Source: Candidatus Woesearchaeota archaeon
Lineage (GTDB): Archaea > Nanobdellota > Nanobdellia > SCGC-AAA011-G17 > CAYHUM01
DNA: 57,795 bases
Assembly (NCBI GenBank): GCA_964359945.1
Contig: CAYHUM010000001.1
Location: forward strand, 1-57,795
Direction: 5' to 3'
The position numbers were made by a program, and so were the translations under genes. The notes beneath the pieces were generated by a model, which had not been told where the DNA came from, did no database searches, and was given only the letters and a program-made list of their open reading frames with translations. This document shows positions 23,510 to 32,582 of this stretch, piece after piece. Each line of letters begins with the position of its first letter. Within the stretch, counting starts at the first letter, position 1.

Positions 23510-25655
23510 TTCTTTTTCTTATTAAATAGAATGAAACTAATACTATTATTACTAATATTATATTTAGTGTTGTGAAGAATGGTATTTTTGTTCCAGGCAA
23601 TGGTGAACAAGTTCTATTTGTAATTAACATATTTGTTATTGGTGGGTTTGCAGTTAAATCATAAGTTGTTAAATTAACTGTTTGCAAATAAATCCCAGAA
23701 TTAATAGGATTTTCTGAACATCTACCTACTTGTTCTACATCATATACATCTGGGCTATAGTAATTATATGTATCACATGTTTCTGTTGGAGGGCAACATG
23801 TTTCACCATTACCACAGGTATAATTAGCTATTACATTACCACTACATGTTTGAGAACTACTACAACAAGTTCCAGGACAAGGTTCACCTGGATCTATACA
23901 TAAATTTACATCAGTACATCCCCATATACCAGTTTGATTACAACATACTTTATTAGCTAATTGATCACATGGGAAGTTATCTGGATCACTATAACAATCT
24001 CCACCACCTTGACATGCTCCATCAACACAATTCATTCCTATACTAGCACAATCAAAACTAGATTCTGATAAAAATCCAGTTGAATTGCAATAAATTTCAT
24101 TTAAATTAGTGCTACTAATACAACTATCAGTTAGTGTTGTGTTGAAATATTCAATGAGTATATATTTACTCTTAACACCATAGGCTGTTCCTTTTATAGT
24201 GTAATTTTGAGTTGGTAAATCAGTATCACTACAATCGACTTTACAAGTAAAAGGATCTTTACATCCGAAAGGACATATATAAGTATCAAATACAGTATTA
24301 TTTCCATTACATTTATACTCTTTTAAAATTCCATTACTACAAGTATCATTATAAACAACGTTTCCAGGATTTATTGTTACACCAGCTTTAAAGTAAGCTG
24401 GTCTGTATGATAATCTATAAATATCTCCTCCATCACTGTTATCTGGAGTACAAGTTTGAGAAGAACTAACACAAGCTCCATTCTGGCATACTAGTCCGTC
24501 TGAAACACAATTATGAGTTTGAGAAGCATTAATGTTCCCATTACAATAATATTCTCTTAACGTATCTGAATTTCCTACACAAAAATCAGTGTAGCTATAC
24601 CCTATGCTATTATAATTTCCAGTAATTGTTCCTTGTGTAGGATAAGTTATACCACTATCAGTATCTGAACATGTATCAGAAATAGCGCCTGCAAATTTAA
24701 AATTACCTGCTAAATTATTTGTCCCACTTACATAACTTCCAGGAATATAATTAGGATTGTTGTATAATGAAGCATTTCTAGGATAGACTCTTTTAGTTAG
24801 ACAATCATTGGTTATGTCAGGAACTATCCAATTAGTACTTATAGTTTGAGGGGTTAGAGTATTTGTCATACTTAAACTTCCAAAAACTCCACTTATATCA
24901 CCACCAGTTTTTGTTACATTACAAGAAGGATTAATTATAGAGGTATCGTTTGCATCTACTTGTATGTATTTAGTTCCTGCACATTGTCCTGTATATGTAA
25001 TAATTATGGCAACTGGGTCTCCTTTTTCACAATCAGAACTAGTTCCATAAAAAGGACATAAAACTCCGCTTAACTCTACTTTTTGTAATATACAACCACA
25101 ATCAGGATCATTATTATCAACTAAACCATCACAATCATTATCATAACCATCTGTACATCCATTTCCAAAATTACCTTGTTCTGTAGTAGGAGCATTTCTA
25201 CTCCATGTCCAAGGATTTGCAAGTTTTCCTACATTTCCTACATTACAAATTAAAGGAGAACCACCACAATCATAAAAAGATTGATTACATTGTTTTGATT
25301 GATCACAAATTTCAGAAAGAACTGGAACACAAGTAGGAGAATATGGATAATAGTAATATATACTATTTATGTTTTGATCTGGGCATTTATCATAACATTC
25401 TGAAGGAGGTGAAATTGGATTACAACCTTCTATTGGTTCACAAGTACATGTACAGATAGGTGGTTCAGTTTTTGGTGTTGCAGCATAACATACATTACAA
25501 TTATTTTGAGTAACTTTGCACACAGTTCTGCCACCTTGGTTTTCAGGTACTGCCTTACAATCACCTTGAGATTTAACGTTATTGGTTAATGTTAATGAAA
25601 ACATTACTAGAATAATTAATAGAAAAATATTTTTAAGTAAAACACCTTTTTTCAT
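23496..25655 (-). CDS. cysteine-rich modular surface protein with signal peptide and C-terminal TM anchor (719 aa)
   Basis: Signal MKKGVLLKNIFLLIILVMFSLTLT. It contains the metal-binding-like motif CTDGYDNDCDGLVDNNDPDC and three copies of the CxD(S/T)D...L(R/K/N)E(Y/I)(Y/K)C...C..G.C module. The C-terminus is PLPGTKIPFFTTLNIILVIIVLVSFYLIRKR. Confidence 0.65.
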   Translation of the reverse strand: MKKGVLLKNIFLLIILVMFSLTLTNNVKSQGDCKAVPENQGGRTVCKVTQNNCNVCYAATPKTEPPICTCTCEPIEGCNPISPPSECYDKCPDQNINSIYYYYPYSPTCVPVLSEICDQSKQCNQSFYDCGGSPLICNVGNVGKLANPWTWSRNAPTTEQGNFGNGCTDGYDNDCDGLVDNNDPDCGCILQKVELSGVLCPFYGTSSDCEKGDPVAIIITYTGQCAGTKYIQVDANDTSIINPSCNVTKTGGDISGVFGSLSMTNTLTPQTISTNWIVPDITNDCLTKRVYPRNASLYNNPNYIPGSYVSGTNNLAGNFKFAGAISDTCSDTDSGITYPTQGTITGNYNSIGYSYTDFCVGNSDTLREYYCNGNINASQTHNCVSDGLVCQNGACVSSSQTCTPDNSDGGDIYRLSYRPAYFKAGVTINPGNVVYNDTCSNGILKEYKCNGNNTVFDTYICPFGCKDPFTCKVDCSDTDLPTQNYTIKGTAYGVKSKYILIEYFNTTLTDSCISSTNLNEIYCNSTGFLSESSFDCASIGMNCVDGACQGGGDCYSDPDNFPCDQLANKVCCNQTGIWGCTDVNLCIDPGEPCPGTCCSSSQTCSGNVIANYTCGNGETCCPPTETCDTYNYYSPDVYDVEQVGRCSENPINSGIYLQTVNLTTYDLTANPPITNMLITNRTCSPLPGTKIPFFTTLNIILVIIVLVSFYLIRKRINKS

Positions 25656-25664
25656 ATTATTACC

Positions 25665-28208
25665 TTATTTTTGCTTTATATTTAAACTTTTTCTTTTAAA
25701 GGCTTCATCTATTTGTTTTTTAGTCCATCCTTTTAATAATAAAGCTTGTCTTATTCTAAATTCAGGAATACCTTTTTTTAAACTACTATTAACATAATTT
25801 TCAAGAACAATTTGTTGAACTTTATTTTTAAATATATTTGGTTTAATTATATCTTTAATATGAATTTTACCTTTAACAAAGAAATATGTCAAAGCTAAAA
25901 TACCTAAAAGTAATGGTATTAAAATTAACCATATTGAAGAACCTCTTTTACAATCTTGAGGACACCAATTACTATCTTCTATAGGTTTTTCACATACCTT
26001 ATTACCACATTCATATGTTATTTCAGGTTCTTTAAATACAATTGTTTTAGTATTTCTTATATCTTGTAATTGTCCTTCTGGTAATAAATAAATATATTCT
26101 ATGTAATCATTAACATTACTAAATTTAGCTGCATTATTATTAAAAATCTCTAAATCTTTAGTTAGGAAAATTGCTTCTTCTGGATTACATTGAGTAGAAC
26201 AAATATTAGCTAGTCCATTAAGATCTTCAAGTACAATTAAATTATTTCCATTGTTTATTGAAATTTGTTTCTTTACTAGTCTTTTACTTTCTTCTTTATC
26301 ATTAATATATTTTATTTTTACTCCATATACATTAGTATTAATAACAACATCTCTTTGATTTAGTTCATATGTAGAAGTTTTGTATTCTATGGTAGAAGGT
26401 AAATCTATTATTCTTGGATTAATGTCATCTATGTTACTTATTTTTGCGTTTGTCTGAAATGAACTTATAACAAAAAATGATTTAGGAGTAGTGTCTTCTA
26501 TATTTGTAATTTTATTAAAAATATCTTCGTAAGTAGGATCTTTTTCTTCCATACTTACATTAGAATTAAGAGTTTCTTCATATTTTGATTTTAAATCATC
26601 TAATTCATCTAAACTAGAATCTAAATAAGGCAAATAAATATTATAAATATCTTTTATTACTCCTTTTTGATTTTGAAATAAATTCTTAGTTTTTTTTATT
26701 GTATTTTTATTTGAATTTATAATGCTACCAATATTATCTTCTAAAGCTCCTATGTAGATAATCTTTGATATAGAATTTTTAATATTATTTATTGTTTTTA
26801 CTGTTAATTTTATTGTATAATTTCCAGGCAATAAATAACTATGAGTGGCTTCTTTAGTAAATGCACTTGAATTATCTCCAAAATTCCATTCCCATGAAGC
26901 TATTACGTCTTTAGATTCTCCTATAAATTTAATTTCTTCATTTTCTAAAGCAAAGTTTTTATTTAGTGTAATAGAAACATCTGGCAATGAAGTAACATTA
27001 AAGTCTTGAGATGTTTCTTTATTGTTTAAATTAAAGGTTAGTTTATATTTACTTATTGTGTTAGGAGTAATTAAATTAGGTATTGTTTCTAGATTAATTA
27101 AAGCATAATCAAAGTTTATTTTTTCTGGAATTTGATTTATATTATATAAGGTAGATCTTTTTATGCTTTCTTCTCTTATGTCTAAATTATCTAAGGATAT
27201 AGAACCTTTAGAACTTGAACTTATGTTAATTGGAATAAGACAGAAATTATTATTATCAAGAGTACATGTTCCTAAATAGTCATTTATAGCATCTATAAAT
27301 TTATTATTTGAAAATGTAGTCTTATTTTTTAATTCTGTATCGTAAATTGCATATCTTAAATTGTAGTAATATGAATAACTATAAAGAAATTCAAATACAG
27401 GCATACTATAATAATCTTTTACTTGAGAACTTTTACTATACAAACATATACTATGAATTCCAGAACTAGGATTAGGTATTTTAACAGAGCAAGATACTTT
27501 AGTTAAGGTAGTTCCGGGCTCAGGTAATTTACATTCTGCAATATTATCAAAAGAAGCTGTTAAGTTCCCTCCATCTGAAACTTTTTGTACATTAGCTGTA
27601 ATCTCTATCAAAGTTTCATTTAATAGTTCATTTAAAGTTATATTTATATCTTCACATATTTTACTATTTTTTATAACTGCACTTCCTGTTGGTGCTTTAC
27701 TTTCAGAAATTCCTTCTTGATAAATTGGATTACTCCATCTTAGAAAATTTCCTGCATATTCATACTCTGCTTTATGGTCATTACCTATATCTATAATAAC
27801 ATCTTTTGGAAATGACCCTTCTAAATTCAATCCTAGAATATCTAAAGAAGCATAATTTACTAGATTTTTTATCTTAACTCCAAATAAAAATGATTCTCTA
27901 CTATTAAAATTCTTTACTAAGGTAGCAGAACCACCACTTTCTACATAATAAGATTCATTTATATTAAATAATATAGAATTACTTTCCAATAAATCCTTTA
28001 TAGAAATTCTTGTTAGTTCATTATTATCTATTTTTGCTATTAATGGTGTGGATGAAGGTATATCATATACTGAAGTTATATTTAAATAACCATTAAATTG
28101 CTGTAAAGGACCATATTGCAATTGGTTTAAACTTAGATTTAAATCTAGAGAATTTACTAATGGTATTATGAGAAATATAAGTAATACTACTAATACACCT
28201 CTTTTCAT
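25665..28208 (-). CDS. secreted PKD-domain surface protein with C-terminal TM anchor and short cytoplasmic tail (847 aa)
   Basis: Signal MKRGVLVVLLIFLIIPLVNS. PKD signature WEWNFGDNSSAFTKEATHSYLLPGNYTIKLTV. A juxtamembrane CGNKVCEKPIEDSNWCPQDC is followed by a TM helix. Confidence 0.65.
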   Translation of the reverse strand: MKRGVLVVLLIFLIIPLVNSLDLNLSLNQLQYGPLQQFNGYLNITSVYDIPSSTPLIAKIDNNELTRISIKDLLESNSILFNINESYYVESGGSATLVKNFNSRESFLFGVKIKNLVNYASLDILGLNLEGSFPKDVIIDIGNDHKAEYEYAGNFLRWSNPIYQEGISESKAPTGSAVIKNSKICEDINITLNELLNETLIEITANVQKVSDGGNLTASFDNIAECKLPEPGTTLTKVSCSVKIPNPSSGIHSICLYSKSSQVKDYYSMPVFEFLYSYSYYYNLRYAIYDTELKNKTTFSNNKFIDAINDYLGTCTLDNNNFCLIPINISSSSKGSISLDNLDIREESIKRSTLYNINQIPEKINFDYALINLETIPNLITPNTISKYKLTFNLNNKETSQDFNVTSLPDVSITLNKNFALENEEIKFIGESKDVIASWEWNFGDNSSAFTKEATHSYLLPGNYTIKLTVKTINNIKNSISKIIYIGALEDNIGSIINSNKNTIKKTKNLFQNQKGVIKDIYNIYLPYLDSSLDELDDLKSKYEETLNSNVSMEEKDPTYEDIFNKITNIEDTTPKSFFVISSFQTNAKISNIDDINPRIIDLPSTIEYKTSTYELNQRDVVINTNVYGVKIKYINDKEESKRLVKKQISINNGNNLIVLEDLNGLANICSTQCNPEEAIFLTKDLEIFNNNAAKFSNVNDYIEYIYLLPEGQLQDIRNTKTIVFKEPEITYECGNKVCEKPIEDSNWCPQDCKRGSSIWLILIPLLLGILALTYFFVKGKIHIKDIIKPNIFKNKVQQIVLENYVNSSLKKGIPEFRIRQALLLKGWTKKQIDEAFKRKSLNIKQK

Positions 28209-28240
28209 AAGTTTAAATTAACTACCTTAGTATATAAAAT

Positions 28241-28747
28241 TTATGATTTAATAAGTTTTTTACCTTTAGATTGAGGAACTATTTTAATCTTAGGATTTTT
28301 AAAATCTTTATATTTTCCTTTGAATAATTCATGAAGAAATATAGCTAATGCTCCTGCTTCTGAATGTGGTTGATTTGTAATTGAAATATTATAATTAGCT
28401 AAATGATAAATTTCAGGAGGAACTTTTTCTGAACCTATGATAATTATTTTATCTTTTTTAGATTTTCTTATTTTGTTTATTACTTTACTTAAAGGAATTC
28501 CATAAACTGTAAGATGAATTATTTCTGAATTTTTATTTAATAACTCTTTATAATTTTTGATGTATTCAATACTAAAAGGACCACCAAATTTCTCTGTAAT
28601 TTTATTTATCGAGTCTATTAAAGATTTGTCATGTTGTCCAGTAAATAAAATTTTATCTGCTCCTAAAGCCCTTGAAATTAAAGCTACATGTGTAGTTAAT
28701 CTTTTATCCCTTTCAATTCTATGACCTAACCTAAGAACCGTAATCAT
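28241..28747 (-). CDS. trm56: tRNA (cytidine56-2'-O)-methyltransferase aTrm56 (SPOUT)
   Basis: MITVLRLGHRIERDKRLTTHVALISRALGADKILF is the characteristic aTrm56 N-terminus. The length of about 170 aa also fits. Confidence 0.8.
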   Translation of the reverse strand: MITVLRLGHRIERDKRLTTHVALISRALGADKILFTGQHDKSLIDSINKITEKFGGPFSIEYIKNYKELLNKNSEIIHLTVYGIPLSKVINKIRKSKKDKIIIIGSEKVPPEIYHLANYNISITNQPHSEAGALAIFLHELFKGKYKDFKNPKIKIVPQSKGKKLIKS

Positions 28748-28749
28748 AG

Positions 28750-28765
28750 AAAAACTTTATAAAAT
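28750..28765 (+). promoter_or_regulatory. BRE/TATA-like element (AAAAACTTTATAAAAT)
   Basis: It ends 21 nt before the ATG at 28786. Confidence 0.35.
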
Positions 28766-28785
28766 GCATATTAAAAAACTTTTGT

Positions 28786-29388
28786 ATGATAAAAGCTATT
28801 ATTTTTGATTTAGGTAATGTTGTCGTATACTTCGATCAAATGATAACTGCAAGAAAATTAGAAAAATATTCAAATAGAGACTCTAATTATATTTTTGAAG
28901 TAATCACAGATAAAAATCTTGTAAGTTTGATTGAAACCAGTAAAATAACACCAGAAGAATTTTATAAAAGAATAAAAGAAAGAATAGGTTTAAAACTTGA
29001 TTACAATGCTTTTGTAGAAAAATTCGAGAATATGTTTACCTTAAATCACGATGTTTATAATCTTCTAATAAAATTAAAAAATAAATATAAAGTATATGCA
29101 TTATCTAATGTGAATAAAATACATTTTGATTATCTACATAATAAATATAAATTTTTAGATATTTTCCATGATATTACCTTATCATATAAAGTTAAAGCCC
29201 GAAAACCAGATAAAAAAATATATGAATATGCTATAAATAAAGCTAAAGTAAAGCCAAATGAAATTGTTTATATAGATGATATAAAGGAGTTTTCTGACAT
29301 GGCTACTGAACTAGGCATAAATGGAATAAATTACACAAATACAGAAAAATTAATACAAGATTTAAGGAAATTAAATGTTAGTATATAA
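28786..29388 (+). CDS. HAD-superfamily hydrolase (subfamily IA-like)
   Basis: IIFDLGNVVV is motif I (DxG variant of DxD). SNVN is motif II-like, and K...YIDD are motifs III/IV. Confidence 0.7.
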   Translation: MIKAIIFDLGNVVVYFDQMITARKLEKYSNRDSNYIFEVITDKNLVSLIETSKITPEEFYKRIKERIGLKLDYNAFVEKFENMFTLNHDVYNLLIKLKNKYKVYALSNVNKIHFDYLHNKYKFLDIFHDITLSYKVKARKPDKKIYEYAINKAKVKPNEIVYIDDIKEFSDMATELGINGINYTNTEKLIQDLRKLNVSI

Positions 29389-29391
29389 AAC

Positions 29392-29408
29392 AAAACTTTT
29401 TAAATATA
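29392..29408 (+). promoter_or_regulatory. BRE/TATA-like element (AAAACTTTTTAAATATA)
   Basis: It ends 19 nt before the secF ATG at 29427. Confidence 0.35.
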
Positions 29409-29426
29409 GTCTTTTTAAAATTAAGC

Positions 29427-30326
29427 ATGGAAGATAAAAAATCAAAAATAGAGAGAACTTATTTTAAATATTATAAAATATTAATGTTTATTCCTATTGT
29501 CATATTAGTAATTTCATTATTAATAGTAGGAATAAAATATGCAAGAACAGGAGATTTTTTTGATAAGGATGTAAGTTTAAAAGGAGGAGTTACAGTAACA
29601 ATTTATATTTCTAATGAAATCGATATTAATAGCCTAGAAAATGATATAAAAAATAATTTTATTAATTCAGATGTAGATATAAGAAGATTGGGTGAATTTG
29701 CTACTACACAAACAAATGGAATTACAATAGAAGTTTCTGATGTTAAAGAAGAAGATTTAAGGAAGTTTTTAGAAACTAAATTAAATATAAAATTAAATCA
29801 AGAAAATTATAGTGCAGAAGAAACTGGACCTAGCTTAGGACAATCATTTTACAAGGAATTAATTATTGCTATAATATTTGCATTTATTTTAATGTCTATT
29901 GTGGTATTAATTACATTTAGAACTTTTATTCCTAGTATTGCTGTAATATTTGCTGCTTTTACTGATATAATGTTTGCTTTAGCTATGGTTAATTTACTTG
30001 GAATGAAAATTTCTTCAGGGGGGGTAGTTGCTTTCTTAATGTTAATTGGTTTTTCTATAGACACAGATATTTTACTTACAACAAGAGTAATAAAAAGAAG
30101 AGAAGGTGCTTTATTTGAGAGAATGTTTAGTGCTTTTAAAACAGGAATTACCATGACTTTAACAGCTATTTTTGCTTTAGCTGTAGCTTATTTTGTAACG
30201 AATTCAGAGGTTTTAAGACAAATATTTTTGATTATTGTTATAGGTTTGATTATGGATATTTTTAGTACATGGTTTACTAATACAGGTATGTTGGTATTAT
30301 ATTGTAAAAAGAAAAATATAACTTAA
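29427..30326 (+). CDS. secF: protein-export membrane protein SecF
   Basis: N-terminal TM helix, a periplasmic domain (DVSLKGGVTVTI) and a C-terminal 5-TM RND-like bundle. It lies immediately upstream of secD. Confidence 0.85.
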   Translation: MEDKKSKIERTYFKYYKILMFIPIVILVISLLIVGIKYARTGDFFDKDVSLKGGVTVTIYISNEIDINSLENDIKNNFINSDVDIRRLGEFATTQTNGITIEVSDVKEEDLRKFLETKLNIKLNQENYSAEETGPSLGQSFYKELIIAIIFAFILMSIVVLITFRTFIPSIAVIFAAFTDIMFALAMVNLLGMKISSGGVVAFLMLIGFSIDTDILLTTRVIKRREGALFERMFSAFKTGITMTLTAIFALAVAYFVTNSEVLRQIFLIIVIGLIMDIFSTWFTNTGMLVLYCKKKNIT

Positions 30327-30327
30327 A

Positions 30328-31899
30328 ATGAAATTAACTAGAATATTTAAAAAATGGAGAGTAATTTTATTAGTAATTGTTTTATTACTTAGTTATTTAA
30401 TTATAAGTCCAAGTTTTTCTAGTCAAGGTGTGGCTATAAAAAATATAGAACAAAATTCTAGTGCAAGTACAGCAGGAATGCAAGGACCAAGTGCAACTGC
30501 TACTCTAAAATCAAGAGAAAAAATTTTAGCTGTAGAAAATACACAAATTAAAACATTAGATGATTATGCTAAAGCTACTTCTATAATACCTTTAAATAGA
30601 ACTTTAAGGATATATACTGATAAAAATCCAAGTGGTTATGTTTTACTTAAAGATTCTGAAGATTTGGGTGTAGTAGTTGAAGAAGCAGCTACTTCTAATT
30701 TAAAAAAAGGTCTTGAATTACAAGGAGGAACTAGGGTTTTATTACAACCAGTAGAAAAAATTTCAGATCAACAAAGAGACGATTTAATTGCAGTAATGGA
30801 GAATAGACTTAATACTTATGGGTTAAGTGATATAAGAATTAGGAAAGCAGATGATTTACTTGGAAATAAGTACATTGTTGTTGAAATAGCAGGAGCTAGT
30901 AAGCAAGATGTTAAGGATTTAATTGAAAGTCAAGGTAAATTTGAAGCTAAAATTGGAAATGAATTAGTTTTTACTGGTGGAAAAGAAGATATAACCTTTG
31001 TTTGTAGAAATGATGGTACTTGTTCGGGGATAAGACAATGTAATCCTGGGCAAAATGGCTATTTCTGTGAATTTGAATTTACTATAAGATTAAGTCCAAC
31101 AGCAGCAAAAAGACATGCAGAAGTTACTAAAGATATTCCTCTAAATACAACTTCTCAAGGTGGTCAAATATTATCTAAGAATATTGATTTTTACTTAGAT
31201 GATAAGTTAGTAGATAGTTTACAGATAGCTGCTAGTTTAAAGGGTGTAGAGGCAACTCAAATTGCTATTTCAGGACCGGGCTTAGGAGCTACTCAAGATG
31301 AAGCTATTCAAACTGCTTTAAAATCAATGAATAGATTACAAACTATTTTAATTACAGGAAGTTTACCTTCAAAATTAGAAATAATTAAGATTGATAGCAT
31401 AAGTCCATTATTAGGAAAAGATTTTACAAGGAATGCTATGATTGCTGGGTTGCTTGCATTAGCTATGGTTGCCTTAGTTATGTTTGTTAAATATAGAAAA
31501 TTAAAAATTACTATTCCAATTATGATTACTTCTTTAAGTGAAGTTACTATAATTTTAGCTATATATGCATTATTTAAGGCTAATTTGGATTTATCTGCTA
31601 TTGCTGGTATTGTTGTAGCAGTAGGAACTGGAGTAAATGACCAAATTGTAATTACTGATGAATTTTTAGCTAAAGAAACTCAATATTTAAATTGGAGACA
31701 AAGAATAAAGAGAGCATTTTTTATAATATTAAGTGCATATGCTGTTGGTGTAGCTTCTATGTTGCCTTTATTAAGAGCTGGTGCGGGATTATTAACAGGA
31801 TTTGCTTTAACTACAATTATAGGAATAACAGCAGGAGTATTAATAACTAGGCCTGCATATGGAGCTGCAGTAGAAGTTTTATTATCAGATGAAAGGTAA
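30328..31899 (+). CDS. secD: protein-export membrane protein SecD
   Basis: LELQGGTRVLLQP...YIVVEIAG...ISGPGLG are typical SecD P1-domain motifs, followed by a C-terminal TM bundle. It starts 2 nt after the secF stop. Confidence 0.85.
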   Translation: MKLTRIFKKWRVILLVIVLLLSYLIISPSFSSQGVAIKNIEQNSSASTAGMQGPSATATLKSREKILAVENTQIKTLDDYAKATSIIPLNRTLRIYTDKNPSGYVLLKDSEDLGVVVEEAATSNLKKGLELQGGTRVLLQPVEKISDQQRDDLIAVMENRLNTYGLSDIRIRKADDLLGNKYIVVEIAGASKQDVKDLIESQGKFEAKIGNELVFTGGKEDITFVCRNDGTCSGIRQCNPGQNGYFCEFEFTIRLSPTAAKRHAEVTKDIPLNTTSQGGQILSKNIDFYLDDKLVDSLQIAASLKGVEATQIAISGPGLGATQDEAIQTALKSMNRLQTILITGSLPSKLEIIKIDSISPLLGKDFTRNAMIAGLLALAMVALVMFVKYRKLKITIPIMITSLSEVTIILAIYALFKANLDLSAIAGIVVAVGTGVNDQIVITDEFLAKETQYLNWRQRIKRAFFIILSAYAVGVASMLPLLRAGAGLLTGFALTTIIGITAGVLITRPAYGAAVEVLLSDER

Positions 31900-31911
31900 A
31901 GTTTATATATT
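31896..31911 (+). promoter_or_regulatory. TATA-like element (GTAAAGTTTATATATT) overlapping the secD stop
   Basis: It ends 21 nt before the ATG at 31932. Confidence 0.3.
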
Positions 31912-31931
31912 AAATTAATTTTTTATTTAAT

Positions 31932-32384
31932 ATGAACAAAAGAGGTTATGTAGGTTATTTAATTGTAATTTCTTTACTTCTTGTTATAGCTTTAATTGGT
32001 TTTGTATATACAGGAAGAGTTACTACAGATAATAAATTTTGTAGTGATTCTGATTTTGGTAAAAGTATTCATACTAAGGGAACATGTTCATCTGCAAGAA
32101 ATACATTAAGAGATGGTTGTACTAGTCTTACTAATTTATATGAGGCTTTTTGTACTTCTGATATTAACGGGCAATTTTGTATAAGAGAAGGTATAAATTG
32201 TCCAACTGATTATTATTGTTATAATGGAGCTTGTATAAATAGACAAAGTAATTTTGCTTGTTATAATGTTACAGATTGCAATGATAAAAATCCTTGTACT
32301 ATAGATTTATGTAATTTTCCAGGTACTAATCAATCATGGTGTTTAAATAGAAAGATAGATGGATGTAGTATCAATGTTAAGTGA
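31932..32384 (+). CDS. small secreted/anchored cysteine-rich protein (150 aa), paralog of the N-terminal half of the 21236..22117 product
   Basis: It has an N-terminal anchor. The module FCSDSDFGK...LYEAFC...CPTDYYCYNGAC is followed by CYNVTDCNDKNPCTIDLCNFPGTNQSWC, which compares with CLTNNDCNDNNDCTKDICNLPGTDSSYC in the 293-aa protein. Confidence 0.6.
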   Translation: MNKRGYVGYLIVISLLLVIALIGFVYTGRVTTDNKFCSDSDFGKSIHTKGTCSSARNTLRDGCTSLTNLYEAFCTSDINGQFCIREGINCPTDYYCYNGACINRQSNFACYNVTDCNDKNPCTIDLCNFPGTNQSWCLNRKIDGCSINVK

Positions 32385-32429
32385 TTAATAAAGCTTATAT
32401 ATGAATTATAATAAAATAAAAGAGGTGAT

Positions 32430-32582
32430 ATGATGGCTGCAATTGAATTATATATTTTACTAGGAGCAGTAGCTGGTATGATTTATGGTTTAAGAAGAAT
32501 TTATATTTTAGAGAATAAAATTGAGATTTTGGATGAGAAAATAGAGAGGATGATAGAACATTTACAGAAAAAAAAGAAGTAA
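32430..32582 (+). CDS. 50-aa single-TM hypothetical peptide
   Basis: Hand translation: MMAAIELYILLGAVAGMIYGLRRIYILENKIEILDEKIERMIEHLQKKKK. AGAGGTGA lies 2-9 nt upstream. It is below the track cut-off. Confidence 0.3.
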   Translation: MMAAIELYILLGAVAGMIYGLRRIYILENKIEILDEKIERMIEHLQKKKK

